Origin: Octopus bimaculoides
Taxonomy: Eukaryota
Length of the DNA stretch: 64,000 bases
Assembly: GCF_001194135.2 (NCBI RefSeq)
Contig: NC_068984.1
Coordinates: 119,729,083-119,793,082 of the forward strand
Direction of reading: 5' to 3'
Part shown: one piece after another, positions 1 to 12,200 of the stretch
Numbering within the stretch: the first letter of the stretch is position 1
How the letters are laid out: the number at the start of each line of letters is the position of its first letter
The notes under the pieces: model-generated
What the model saw: the letters and a program-made list of their open reading frames with translations, nothing else
Databases searched by the model: none
Told to the model about the DNA's origin: nothing
Made by a program: the position numbers and the translations under genes

Positions 1-97
1 GAATATAACATAGGTCGTGTATTAGCGTGTGTATGTATAAAGAAAGAAAAGGATAAAGAGACCAATGGCAAAGTTAGAATTATATTTTATGGATAAA

Positions 98-146
98 GTC
101 TTACAGCTGTTTCAGGGAAAATCCAATGTATCCCTTCATCGGAGAC
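98..146 (-). ncRNA. Minimal type I hammerhead ribozyme-like motif (U4C variant) in a Penelope-type terminal repeat
   Basis: Minus strand reads GTCT-CCGATGA-AGGGA-(12 nt loop)-TCCCT-GAAA-CAGCTG-T-A-AGAC. Stem I GTCT/AGAC, stem II AGGGA/TCCCT, palindromic stem III ACAGCTGT, GUA cleavage triplet. Confidence 0.65.
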
Positions 147-364
147 GGTAATAGTAGAAGAATGGATTATTACATCTATAATTGCTACTACAATTATCTC
201 CGGAAAATACCCACAAGGATTCTTTACATGGATGTTTACTGTTGGAATGGAGCTACACTCCAAGTACTGTTTCTTCTTTGTTCTTTTTTCTGCGCATCGT
301 TCTCACTTCTTACTACAAATCTCCTCTTATAGATGTAATAATCCATATTCATTTAAGAAAAATA

Positions 365-950
365 TAAAAAGCTATCTTAATGACATACAATTATATATGA
401 AACTTTGTAAAGTTTACTTGGCTTCTTAAATTAACGCCGAAACTTGTAAGTATATTACTGTTAAAGATATTCTGTTTGTTGTCATTGTTTTATACGGAAA
501 AAGTCGATATTTTTTGCGGTATATGATCACGAAATGAAAGTGAAAAATTACTGTAAGCAGATTCATGAACTCCGTATTTTGAAACAAAATTATAATCGCC
601 GTCGTTGAAAACAGAAATCCGAAGAAATTTTTGGTAAAATAGTGGTGTGTGGTATTACTTTCAGTATGTGATCATAAAACGAAAGAATACCAAAATGTCA
701 TATTCGTATACGGTGGTTACAGATAAGACAACTTAGATGAAATAAAATATCATTTATGAGCTATAACAGAAAAGTTATGCCGATTGAATATGTACTACAA
801 ATTTAGCTTCTATTTGGCTTCATCGATGGCTTTCTGAAGAACAATTTTGTTTCTATGCGGAAGACTTACAAGTTTCGGTGTTAATTTAAGAAGCAAAGTA
901 AACTTTACAAAGTTTCATATATAATTGTATGTTATTAAGATAGCTTTTTA
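365..950. mobile_element. MITE / non-autonomous DNA transposon with ~87-bp terminal inverted repeats
   Basis: 365-451 (TAAAAAGCTATCTTAATGACATAC...AACTTGTAAGT) is the near-perfect reverse complement of 864-950; no internal ORF. Confidence 0.8.
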
Positions 951-1079
951 CTTTTTCATTTTATATGAACTCATCCTGACTAAATATGTTTTTAGTACGT
1001 AAGTTGTTACATAACATAATTCTAGTGGTTAGAATTATAAATTTCCTTTTCAAAGTAAATCTTTAACGCTAAATACAAA

Positions 1080-1417
1080 AAGAAACAACTTTAGCATAAT
1101 GTCGAAAGTGAAATAAATTTAGTTATTAGTCTGTTCTGTGTATTTTCGTTGTTATCTACTCGTTAACAATAGCCATCTGTCGCTCTTAAGATGCACGAAC
1201 AAAGCAACTGATTATCGTCTTTCTATCTTGATAATCAATAAACTACAACCTTTTAATCAATGAGTTGGCAATCCGGTTGGCGGCAACAGCTTGTCCAAAT
1301 ATGACTGAATGTGGTGTGTGCATGCCAATTCGTCTCTCATCTAAAAGATACGTGTAAAAGATTACTATTTTCAGACTTGACTTCTTTCTTGTTTCTCGAA
1401 GCTTTTACACCTCTATA
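1080..1417 (+). promoter_or_regulatory. Putative promoter/5'UTR region of the PDI-like gene
   Basis: Repeat-free and relatively CpG-containing stretch directly upstream of the ATG. The TSS cannot be determined from sequence. Confidence 0.4.
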
Positions 1418-1519
1418 ATGTTGTCTTTCAAATTTTTACCACTTTTGTTTTATTCCTGTTGTTTCATTATATTGGCCAACACAACTGTGATTGAAGTTAA
1501 CTCGTATAATTTCAACCAG
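1418..1519 (+). CDS. PDI/thioredoxin-domain gene, coding exon 1 (signal peptide and start of Trx domain 1)
   Basis: ATG at 1418 gives MLSFKFLPLLFYSCCFIILANTTVIEVNSYNFNQ: a hydrophobic N-terminus followed by VIEVNSYNFNQ, like the PDI 'VVELTxxNFDx' strand/helix. Ends CAG|GTAAAC, phase 0. A possible acceptor TTTTCAG| at 1374 suggests an upstream untranslated exon. Confidence 0.88.
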
Positions 1520-3924
1520 GTAAACTATTTTATTTTTTGCTTTTTCTGTCGGTGTCTTAATTACGCAACGACTTGCTTAATCACAAATGATTTTTAAGAC
1601 GAGTTTCTTTAATTTAAGTCAGTCTTTTCAAACGACATGTTTTTTGACTCCAATTAGTAAGTCCTAAATTAGTTTAGTTTTATTTTTAGCAACTTTCAGA
1701 AAAAGAACATTCTAACATTATTTGCTATGCTATTTTCTTCCCTTTTTCGTTTTCTCTTTCTTTCAGTTTTTCTTCTTTCGTCACCCTGGATTTAATTTTT
1801 GTCAAGCCATGAAAAACGTGTTGCTACTTAGTTGCGCATGCAAAAAAAGTTAATTGGATTCTAAAAGATGCTATTTAACGAATGGAAATTACCAAAATCT
1901 TTAATATCTTGATATTTTCCTTTCGAATTGAAAGTTTCTGTAAAACCAGTTTGATTTTCTTAATAGACAAATGATTTTGCTCAAAACATTAGTCTCTTTT
2001 TTTCTTTCGTGGCACGGTCAGTGAGGAGTGGGGGAAAGCCTCCATACCGTTACGCGACTTACTAGAAATAAAAGCCAACCTTCCATCGAACCACACTCTG
2101 TGAACTGAAAGCGTACACCGAATAATGTGATTGTGAATTAGAAGAATGGAGACGTGGCAGAATTTCGAAATAGTTATCACTATCTCATGAGGAAGTGGGT
2201 AAAAAACCCAACCCAATTCCTTGTCCCTTTCCTTCCCCATGAAGTAGGGTAACGATAGCTGTTCCGAAATTCCACCAAAGGCATGATCGTCACAGTTGGT
2301 CAGTTTTGATAAGTATACCTGCACGCGGGCATAATGATATAGACCAAATGATTTATTGCGAAAAGTCCGAGCGATTGCTTATGCAAGACGTTTTGTTATG
2401 AAATAAAAATGACTGCTCCATGTAATTTATTACTAATATATGAAAGCAAAAATTTTTAATTTTCAGTTAATAATGTGAGGATCGCCAATAATATCATACA
2501 ATCCCAAAATAATATGAATGCGTTATTTTCATGGCATCTGTTTCAGAACCATTCTTGGAGATAAGTTGGAAATAGAGCCACTTTAGTTTTAATGCATGGG
2601 TACATCGAACAGTTGCCCAGGGTCCTCACCGGTCTAGGGTCCAATTCTGATTTATATATGCTGTGGTTTACTGTCAGTAAAAAAAATACTTCAGGGCTTC
2701 GTGCATTGATTTTTTTCTCTGGGGAGGAGGAGTTTATGCTGCTAAGACAGCTCTGAATAGAACATCTAATGTTCTTCCACTCATGGTGTGATGTTTATCT
2801 CTCACTTTGCTCTACGTGGCTTCTATTTATTTGTGTGGATTGGTGCATCATTGGAATTCACAAAGTGCAGGCTTGAATTCTGAATAAATACCACTTACAA
2901 CTCTTTTATTTATGGAGTTGCTGAATAGCATGAAATATTCCATTTTCACTTTGTGATCGATATACTGAAAGTTTTCCTTTATCATTTATATGCAGGGTCC
3001 AGGTATCCTGTTCATTATGGTCCGAAATAAACAATTTTTCAAGACAAGAAATAAGCTGTTCGATTCATTTTGGTTTTTGCTCAAGCAAATATGTTCAACA
3101 TTGTTCAACACACACATGATTGATTTCTTTCAGTTTCTGTTTACCTGATCCACCCACAAAGCTTTGATCTACTTGAGGCTATGGTAGAAGACACTTGCCC
3201 AAGGTGCCATGCAGCGAGACTGAACCTGGAACCATGTGGTTGGGAAACAAGCTTCTTTCCACACAGCCATGCCTGCACCTTTTGTTTTGGAATATTTCTA
3301 TTTCAGACTGTGATGTATGGGATCTCATACATCACAGGCTGAAATAGATTTGTTTGACTAAAACCCTTCAAGGCGGTGCCCCAGCATGACCACAGTCAAA
3401 TGACTGAAGTAAAAGAAAAGAATAAAAGAAAGGCATATCACTGAGTAAATCTGTTATCTGGTAGAATTTAGAAATATTTCATGTCAAATCATGTGACTGA
3501 TCATACCATCTTGCAACCCTCTGGGCTCATCCTCCCCCTCCTGCTCCCATCCTTTATGTTTTTCTCTTCTGGGAGTAACCTCACCTGCTCTCTTAGTTGC
3601 ATTAAAAAATTTTGTTCAAGTTGCTCAGAATATATTTGTCACTCCCATATTTTATAAGCCTGTGCAATTGCTTATTTTGAGCAGTACACAGCACTAACTC
3701 TGTGTGTGAGTGAGTGTGTGTGTGTGTGTGTGTGTGTATTTACTGTATGGGTAATTTTCAGTAATTACACAGAATTCAATTCGCAGAAGAGTTAGATGTA
3801 ATCTTTATGCAATACAGTGTAGGTTAAACGAATACATATTGTTGAAGCATTGTTTTACACTGTGAATTCAAGGAGACACAAACACGTACACACACCCATA
3901 CATACACATATAAATGTATACATA

Positions 3925-4380
3925 TCATCATCATCATTGTTTAAACTTTGCTTTTCATGCTGGCATGGGTTGGACGGTTTGACTGGGGACTGGCAAGCCA
4001 GGAGGTTGCACCGGGCTCCAATCTGATCTGGCAAGGTTTCTACAGCTGGTTGCCCGTCCTAATGCTAACCACTCTGAGAGTGTAGTGGGTGCTTTTTACA
4101 TGCTACCAAGGTGGCACTGGCATCGGCCATGCTTGAATGGTGCTCTTTACATGCCACTGGCACGGGAGCCAGTCAGGCAGCACTGGCATCGACCACTGGC
4201 ACGGGAGCCAGTCAGGTGGCACTGACATCGGCCATGCTCGAATTGTGCTTTTACTGTGTCACTGGCACAGGTGCCAGTCAGGTGGCACTGGCATCAGCCA
4301 TGACTATGATTTCACTTGACTCAACATGTCGTCTCAAGCACAGCATATTGCCTGATGAGTGAAGGGTACTTTTAAATGGG
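3925..4380 (-). mobile_element. (ATG)n-tailed octopus-type SINE-like repeat with internal tandem repeats
   Basis: (CAT)n tail plus the ...ttttcatgctggcatgggttggacgg... body found many times in the window. 4110-4310 repeats the unit actggcacgggagccagtcaggtggcactggcatc. Confidence 0.75.
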
Positions 4381-4706
4381 CCACATATACATACACATAC
4401 ATACGTTGGGCTTCTTTCAATTTCCGTCAACTAAATCCCGTCACAAGGCTTTGGTTGACTTGAAGCTATAGCAGAAGACACTCAAACAAGGTGCTACACA
4501 ATAAAACTGAACCCAAAACCACATGCTTAGGAAGTGAACTTCTTAACCACAGCAATACCTGCACCTTAAATACATACAGACATACACACACACACACAGA
4601 CACACACACAAGTGCACACACACACACACACACATATGTAATTTATTATTTTTACTTGGTTCAGATGTTAATTGTGATTCAATCTTCTCTCATACTTGTC
4701 TTTCAG

Positions 4707-4752
4707 ACTGTTTCAAAGATGTATTTTTCCATACTGTTTGTTGCAACAAAAG
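4707..4752 (+). CDS. PDI/thioredoxin-domain gene, coding exon 2
   Basis: Acceptor cttgtctttcAG|, 46 nt TVSKMYFSILFVATK+G, donor AAG|GTAAGT. Phase 0 in, phase 1 out, bridging exons 1 and 3 (G|AC = Asp). Confidence 0.88.
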
Positions 4753-7069
4753 GTAAGTTGAGAAAAACCTCATTAATTCATTTTCTTAATTAACCAATTA
4801 TACACAAAATTTGTTGAAATATTTATTGGAGCTTGATGCAGGCTGCAGCTCACTGGATCCTGTTAGGCCATCCATCTCACATCAGCATGGAAAATGGACA
4901 TTAAATGATGATGCTGATGATGATGATGAGGATGATGATGTTGCCAATAAAAGATGGCTGAATGATTATGTTAAGTTGTTATTCAGCCCTGTTTTACTCT
5001 TGATTAAACAGACATATGATCAAAGACGTCCCAGCAATGGTCACATCAACTTTTCCAGACACCTGACTTTCCTATATTAATTTAAGAATTGAACGGCAAC
5101 GCTGAACTCCAAACTATCAACTCAACAATATTTATTCATGGTGGAAAATATACATCTTTAATCTTGTTTGTTGAGACGTCTTCTGTGTGTGAGAACATAG
5201 TTGTTGGGACGTTGGTATATTGATGTGAGCTGTCTAGCGTGAGTTCGAAAGATGGAGAGACAGCTAGACACGTCCTTGCTCAATCGCTGGCCAGCAAGAA
5301 AAGAGAGCGATCAAAGCGGGAAAGCTTGGTTGTTGAATTCCACGCATGCGTGAGACTACGCATGTGCACGGCGTTACTACAACTACATTATCCTGTGTCC
5401 ATCTTTAAAATTGTAGGGTATGGTATGAGAAAGTTTTGGCTGCTATTTCTAGTAGAAAAAGCAGCTACATACGGGTTTCTTTGGTGGTTTATGATTATCG
5501 AGGTATTGCGGTTATTGATGTAGTGGGGTTTTGAAGTCTTGGTGTTTTGATGTAGCAAGGGTCAATTTTCAAAAGAGAACATTTCACAAATTCAACAGTC
5601 AATCAGTCAATCGATATTTTATATTCATTGTTGTATAGTCTTAGGTCAAACTTGATTATGAAAGTCTTATTATCAAAGATATTCCAGCTGTGACCATAGT
5701 GTATCTAGGGCTACATTATCTAATGTGTCTTTTGCTTCTTAAAACAGTGTGGTGTGTGATTTGAAGGAGATATTGGTTCTTATTTCTAACAGGGCAGACA
5801 AGCAGTTACATTGATTTTTTCCCCTCAACTTGACTAATTGTAACATGTTAGCTCATTACCCTGTATAAATTCATTGTTATAAGGGCGACAAAGTTTTGAC
5901 TGATCTCACGGCAATGAATCAAATCTGGGGTGTCTAATACAACTCCAAAACAGCATGACTGTGTTTTCATGGCATCTGTATCAGAAAAATTCTTGTAGAC
6001 AAGTTGGAAACAGAGTACCTGAGGTTCCACACATGACGCTGTGATATTTATTATCTGCTCTATGTGGCTTCTGTAGTGATTCTTTGTGATGTATTCTTGC
6101 TTCACTGAGATCCACAAAGTGCCTTGAATACTGTATAAAGATGTCTTTCCAGGGCTCAGGTATCCTATTCTTTATTGTCTGAAATAAAAAGAAATTATCA
6201 AGACAAGAAATAAATAGTATGATTCATTCACTTGTATGCCACTTAACCATGTGACAGTTCTTATTTCAGTGCTTATTACCTATTGGAATTGATCCCTTGA
6301 ATTATAACCTAGGCCCCTTAAAAACTCAAGTCATAATACTTTCTGAGAGAGTTTCATCATCATCATCATCTTTTAATGTCCACTTTTCCATGGCTTGTGT
6401 GTATCAGAGAAAATTTGTTGAGGCAGATTTTCTATAGCTGGATACCCTTCTTATCACCAATCCTCACCTGTTTTCAAGCCAGGTAATATTTCCCTTGGTT
6501 CTTTGAATATAAACACTACAATAGCTGATTATGATTTCATAGAAGGTTGCAAATGGATGACACTGCTTGTATGACTGGTGATGTTTGTTGACAGCTATCA
6601 TATGATGTCAAGAGAAAGAGAGACAACACACAGATTCTCCCCCCACAATCCATACACACATACACATACACACATGTATATAACACACATACAATCCATG
6701 CACACATGCACGTACACATATAAAACATGCTTCTTTCAGTTTTCATCCACCAAATCCATTCCCATAGCTTTGGTCACCCCAAGGCTATAGTAGAAAATTC
6801 TTGTTCATGGTGCTGTGGAATGGGATGGAATCCGAAACCACATGATTGGAAAGCAAACTTAACCACATAGCTATGTCTGCACATTTTTAAAAGAAACCTT
6901 TTTTAAATTCCATAATTGTAAAGGTGAAGAGGCCAGATGAGTAAGATATTGAACTTCCAGCTCAGAAGTTGTGATTTCAAATCTGATGCGCATGTACCTC
7001 TGGAGAGGACACATCAGTTTCCTTAGCTGTTTAGCACGGATACCTTATCTTATGGACAAAGAACAATAA

Positions 7070-7410
7070 ATTTGGCATAACTGTGTGGTAAAAAACTTGC
7101 TTCCCAACCACATGGTTTCGGTTTCAGTCCCACTGTGTAGCACTTTGGGAAAGCTACTATAGCCTTGGGCCAACCAAAAGCTTGTGAGTGGATTTGGTAG
7201 GTGAAAAAAGCCTATCGTGTATATATATATCAATGTGTATGTGTTTGTCCCTCCATCACCACTTGACAACTAGTGTTGGATGTGTTTATGTTCCTGTAAC
7301 TTAGTAGTTCAGCAAAAGAGACCGATAGAATAAGTACTAGGCTTAAGATATAAGCCCTTGGGTTGATTTGTTTGACTTAAAAAAAAAACATAAAGCCCTT
7401 CAAGGCAGGA
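7070..7410 (+). mobile_element. tRNA-derived SINE, the most abundant family here (representative copy)
   Basis: Head ctgtgtggtaa...gtttcagtcccactg...gggaaag...ctatag, then cttgacaac...taacttag...aataagtactagg. Dozens of copies in both orientations, e.g. 27045-27480, 29510-29835, 35760-36115, 61490-61890. Resembles described octopus tRNA-SINEs; family name not verified. Confidence 0.8.
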
Positions 7411-7967
7411 TTTGGTTGACAGAAACTGAAAGAAGCTTGTTAAATCTATGTCTGTCCATTAGTATATGAGTATGTATTTGTGTCTCCTTGTTCTGATATT
7501 AAGTGATGGTTGTAAGTAAGTGTCACCATCATACTGCCACTGTTATTCATATCTAGTCTTCCATATAAACATATTCAGCCAAGGGGAAACATTACCTTAT
7601 TTGAAAACAAGTGAGATTTGGTGACAGGAAGGGTGTCTGACCATAGAAAATCTGCCTCGATGAATTCCATCTGCACCATGCAAGCATGTAAAAATAGAAT
7701 GACAATATGGTGTTTCTTTTAAAAAGGCACAGGCATGCTTGTGTGGTTAAGATATTTGCTTCTCAACCATGTGGTTTCAGGTTCAATCCTATTGGGCAGC
7801 ACTTTGGGCAAGTGTTTTCTACTTATGGGGCTGAACTAATGATGGGCTTCTTTCAGTTTCCCTCAACTAAATTCCAAAATGCAACACCAATTTTGTTACT
7901 TAGATTAATTCCATTCTTCTTATAACTGTTGGTCATTTGATTTTTTGTTTCTTTTTTTTATCTGTAG

Positions 7968-8142
7968 ACTGCGTGCAGTGCGACATTGAATATCCTAAAT
8001 TTCTGGCAGCATCCCAATCTTTCCACTCTGATCCACAGATCTATTTTGGCTATGTTACTGATTCTGAACTTATCAAAAGTTTCGGGGTCACTGAGTATCC
8101 ATCAATTGTCTACTATGAACCAGGCAATGAATCACCAACTAT
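7968..8142 (+). CDS. PDI/thioredoxin-domain gene, coding exon 3 (CVQC motif and cis-Pro loop)
   Basis: Acceptor ttttttatctgtAG|; (D)CVQCDIEYPKFLAASQSFHSDPQIYFGYVTDSELIKSFGVTEYPSIVYYEPGNESPT; donor AT|GTAAGT, phase 2. CXXC plus FGVxxYP is the Trx-fold signature. Confidence 0.92.
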
Positions 8143-8229
8143 GTAAGTCTTTGTTGTTCCTTTTTTTTAAAAAATTTCATGCTTGTTTTTTGTTCCAGAT
8201 ATTTCCTCTTTTCCGCTTATATAAATCAC

Positions 8230-8420
8230 TTACATCATCCATCAACCATCAACATCATCACCATTGGCACTATCATAGTCACCACTGCCACTGTCATCAT
8301 CACCACCACCACCACCACCATGACAACAACCATCACACCACCACCATCACCATCACTGTCATCACATCATCATCATCTTCACTACCACTCTACCACAAAC
8401 ACCATCTCTACCACCACCAA
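8230..8420. repeat. (CAT/CAC)n trinucleotide low-complexity tract
   Basis: Explains the poly-His/Thr ORFs. Similar tracts at 49380-49570 and 54865-54995; (CCT/CTT)n at 34200-34360. Confidence 0.9.
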
Positions 8421-8681
8421 CATGGTGTTTGTTGTGTTTGCTTGTATGAGTTGGACAAATTGGCAGTTCAGCATATCACCATTCCTCTCTTGACCCTGTG
8501 TCATTTTGCTTGTGTGACCCAATATCCTGAGACCCAGCATTATCATTTCTTCCTATGTCTTCCATAATTGTTTTATCTTCTAAAAGTGGATGACACTTTT
8601 CAATCTGCAAATATTGTGTCCATCAGCTTTGCATGTATCTTACAAGAAAGTTGCCTCACCTACACACAACAGCCAATGTCT

Positions 8682-9200
8682 TTAACCCTTTAGCATTCAG
8701 ATTATTCTGACAACTGCAATGCTTATTCATTCACATTGTTTTCATTTAATCATGCATTATCTCAAAGCTTCAAGATTATGATGATGTCATCATTATCAGC
8801 TAATGTCCATTTTCCACGCTGGCAAGGGTTGGACGGTTTGATTGGAGCTGGTAAGGTCAGAGGTTGTACCATGCTCCATTGTCTGTTCAGGCATGGTTTC
8901 TATAGCTGGATGCTCTTCCTAATGCTAGCCACACTACAGAGTACTGGGTGCTTTTTATGTGGCACTAGCATCAGTTCTTCTAATATGGCACCAGCACGAA
9001 TGCTCTTTATGTGGCACCAGCACCAGTGCTTTTTATGTGGCACAATTCTGCTGTGGAGGTTAGGTCTTCTTGATGTGATTTGATATTTTTAGAATAACAT
9101 TGCAAGGTTGGTGTGGGAGGCCAGATGTGGCCAGTCTGGACATAAAACAGATACAATATTTGTACTGGATATGGTCAGTTTAAATGCTAAATAGTTAATG
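8682..9200. mobile_element. piggyBac-like MITE (family A) interrupted by a SINE
   Basis: TTAA-CCCTTTAGCATT...AATGCTAAATAG-TTAA ends; a (CAT)n-tailed SINE is inserted at about 8800-9070. Confidence 0.65.
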
Positions 9201-12200
9201 CTTAGTGACTCTCTTAAATCACCAATGCTTTGCCTTTGAACATTCATCAAATCTTAATCAATCCATTTTCATCCAGCCTCTTGCAGATCTTCGGAATTTA
9301 ATGCTCATATCTCATAGCCAGGCAGCATCCTGTTTCTTGGATGCGCTTCATACAATCTTCACTTTGCATGTGTGTGTATGTTTGTGGAGAGAGAGAGAGA
9401 GAGAGAGAGATTTTGTTGTCAACAGTTTTAATGCCTGTTTTTTTTTTTATTGTTGTTGTTCTGATTCAGTAGAAATCTAATTGATACCTGATGCCATTTC
9501 AGAGATTTTTCTGGAAGCAGGGAACTGACATGATCGATTGCTGAAATTAAACTTTACTATTATAGCTATCAAGCAGAAATCTGATCTCTGGAGTGTGCTG
9601 TATTTACTGGCTTGGAATATTCTTCTGATTAGTTTTGCTTTTCTTGATTGATTGATTAGTGAATGGAAGTGGGAGAAGAGTGAAAAATAAAGTTGCTAGC
9701 GAGTTAAAAGTATTCTCTGCCTAAAAAAGTTTGTTCTTTTAATAGAATTTTATATTGGAATTTAGTGTCATGACTACCACTGCCTCTTCCCACACATCAC
9801 TAGCAATGAGCCAATGAAGGAACTTGACCTAGTAGAAACAGCAGTCAAATCACCCTCAAATTGCACCCTTTCATCTTAAAAAAAAAAGAAAAGGGGTGAG
9901 TATATTGGATAATGAAACCAAAAATAAATCTTCTCTCATGCATAACTTGCAATGAGTCAATGAAAGAGCTTCTATGAAGTGCCTTGGTATGGTAAGCAAC
10001 CAAATCCTGCTGCCATGCACATGGCCTTCCAGCAGCAACCCTCTACAACCAGGGTTTGACCATAGTCTCCAGCAGCTTCACATAGCCATTTGAACTGAGC
10101 CTAAGGCTAAGGTCCTGTTCAAAGATGTGGGGATGAATTCTGGTATGCAGTCAATCAGTCAGAATGTCTGCTCTTTCCCTTTCTGCTGGTCATGGCTTTG
10201 TTGTCTCCATTGCAACTGTTCATATCATGTTTTATAGCCCTTAGAGTGTTCACAGAGCATTGAGCAGTAGCCATGATATCAGCATTTTGACACCCAGTAC
10301 CAATCATTATGATATAGGTAACTCTTTCCCAACATTCCAGTGGTTTCCAGCCCTTCATGTCAGCTACGTTTTTCCCAACTACAACTTTAGGCTCGCCACT
10401 GCTGTTGACTGTTCACCAATACATCAAGTTGTTCTTGAAGAAAGGAGAAATAAAAGATCAACAAATTTAGCCCCCCAAAACCTTGCACATCCATGTTGAG
10501 TTGTCCATCAGAGTATATCATTGAGTTCTTATTCAGCTCTCTCCCCAGCAATGTCCTACAAAACGTGTTTTTCTCCCTAGTGATGTTAGTGATTGTAAGA
10601 AGACTGACTTACAGTTGTTGTTTGGTCAGAATGGCCGGTAATGCAGGTATAAGCACTATCAAACCATATCTCCCTGTGTTTACTGAGTACCCCAACAGTA
10701 GATTCATACAACTGCACTGATTCCACTGGAATGAAAGATCAGCAGGTAGTGATGATTTCCAGATAACAACCAAATTAACTTAAGCCACATCACCATCATC
10801 ATTTAACGTCTGTTTTCCATGATGGCATGGGTTGGATAGCTTGACAGGAACTGATAAAGCTAGTGGCCTCACCATGTTCCACAGACTTTTTTGGCTTGGT
10901 TTCTACAGCTGGATACCCTTCCTAACACCAACCACTCCATAGAGTGTACTGGTTGCTTTTTAAGTGGCACCAGTACTAGTACTTTTTACATGGCACCAAC
11001 ACCTACATCAGTGCTTTTTATGCAACACCTTGGTTTCAGAATATCAATTCTCTTATAGAAAAGAAAGAGCACATTACTATTGATCAATGTATTCCTAGAT
11101 ATGCAAAATGGTCATGACTAAGATAAAAGATATATAGGTGCAGGCTTGGCTGTGTGGTTAAGAAGCTCATTTTAGAACCATGTAGTTAAGGGTTTGGTCC
11201 TCCTGCATGGATGTTGTTGGTGAACCAATACTTTTGAATTGAAAATGGTAGACAGAAACTGAAGAAGCCTGTTGATCAATGCATGTATGTTTATATGTGT
11301 ATATGTGTATGCATGTGTTTGTGTGAGTGAGTTAGTATTTCTCCTTGCCATTACATGTTTGCAGACTGTGAATGAATAAAACAACAGCTCTGCAATCAAT
11401 ACAGGCATGTTTGGGCTTCTTGACATGTTGCACACTCTTTGTAAACAGAAAAGGCTCATAATGACATCCGGGATGTTCAGGGTTTGATCGGAAACAGGTA
11501 AGGGTTGACAACAGGAAGAGCATCCAGGTATAGAAAATCTGCCTCAATGAGTTCTAACTAATGCAAGCATGGAAAAGCTGACGTTAAAATGATGATAATA
11601 TTAATGATGAGGATGTTCTGCTGAGGTTGACTTTGCTTTTCGTCATTTTGGGATTGATAAAATAAGTACCAGTTGAACACTGGGGTCAATGTAATTGACT
11701 TACTCCCTCCGTCAAAATTGCTGGCCTTGTGCCAAAATTTGAATCCAATATTAATGATGTGGAGGATGATGATGATGATATTACGAGTGGGTTTGGTTCA
11801 AATTATTATTCTTCACAGGCATATAAAGCTTAGCCTGTATCTAAAATTGAATCAGTAAGTTTAATAGTGTATTTACTTCATACTACAAAAAAAAAATTAG
11901 ATTTTAATCAAGATAAATATTCCATTATTACCAACTCTCAGTTGCTGTTTCATCACAGTTAAGTCATCAGTTATCTGTTAGCCAGAAGCCATCTCATACA
12001 ACATTCTCTGTATTTTACACAATTTCAAAAATTTCTGTTAGTCTTATTAAAGTTATCTCTCGTATTTGGTGTTTTTAGATTGTAAACACTCTGAGAAGGA
12101 AGTTTTGTTTTCTAATTGTATAGATAATCTCAGTTAATCAATATTCTCCACTCACTATAGTTCATATGTGAGACCCCACTATATTGGTGTTAAGAAGAAC

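Noticed and set aside
2020-2300. Similarity to RNase MRP/P, U3 or telomerase RNA (GGGGAAAG, TGAGGAAG, AACCCAATT)
   Set aside because: Only isolated short motifs; the required partner boxes (P4 3' strand, box D, template) are absent.
1989-2324. 111-aa minus ORF in the CpG island
   Set aside because: Non-ATG start, no recognisable domain; the region is better explained by the hairpin and promoter-like features.
4110-4310. Regular direct repeats resembling a CRISPR array
   Set aside because: Tandem units inside a SINE with no unique spacers; eukaryotic context and no cas genes.
7986-8567. 193-aa His-rich ORF and overlapping Thr-rich ORF
   Set aside because: Off-frame overlap with exon 3 plus a (CAT/CAC)n tract; no domain.
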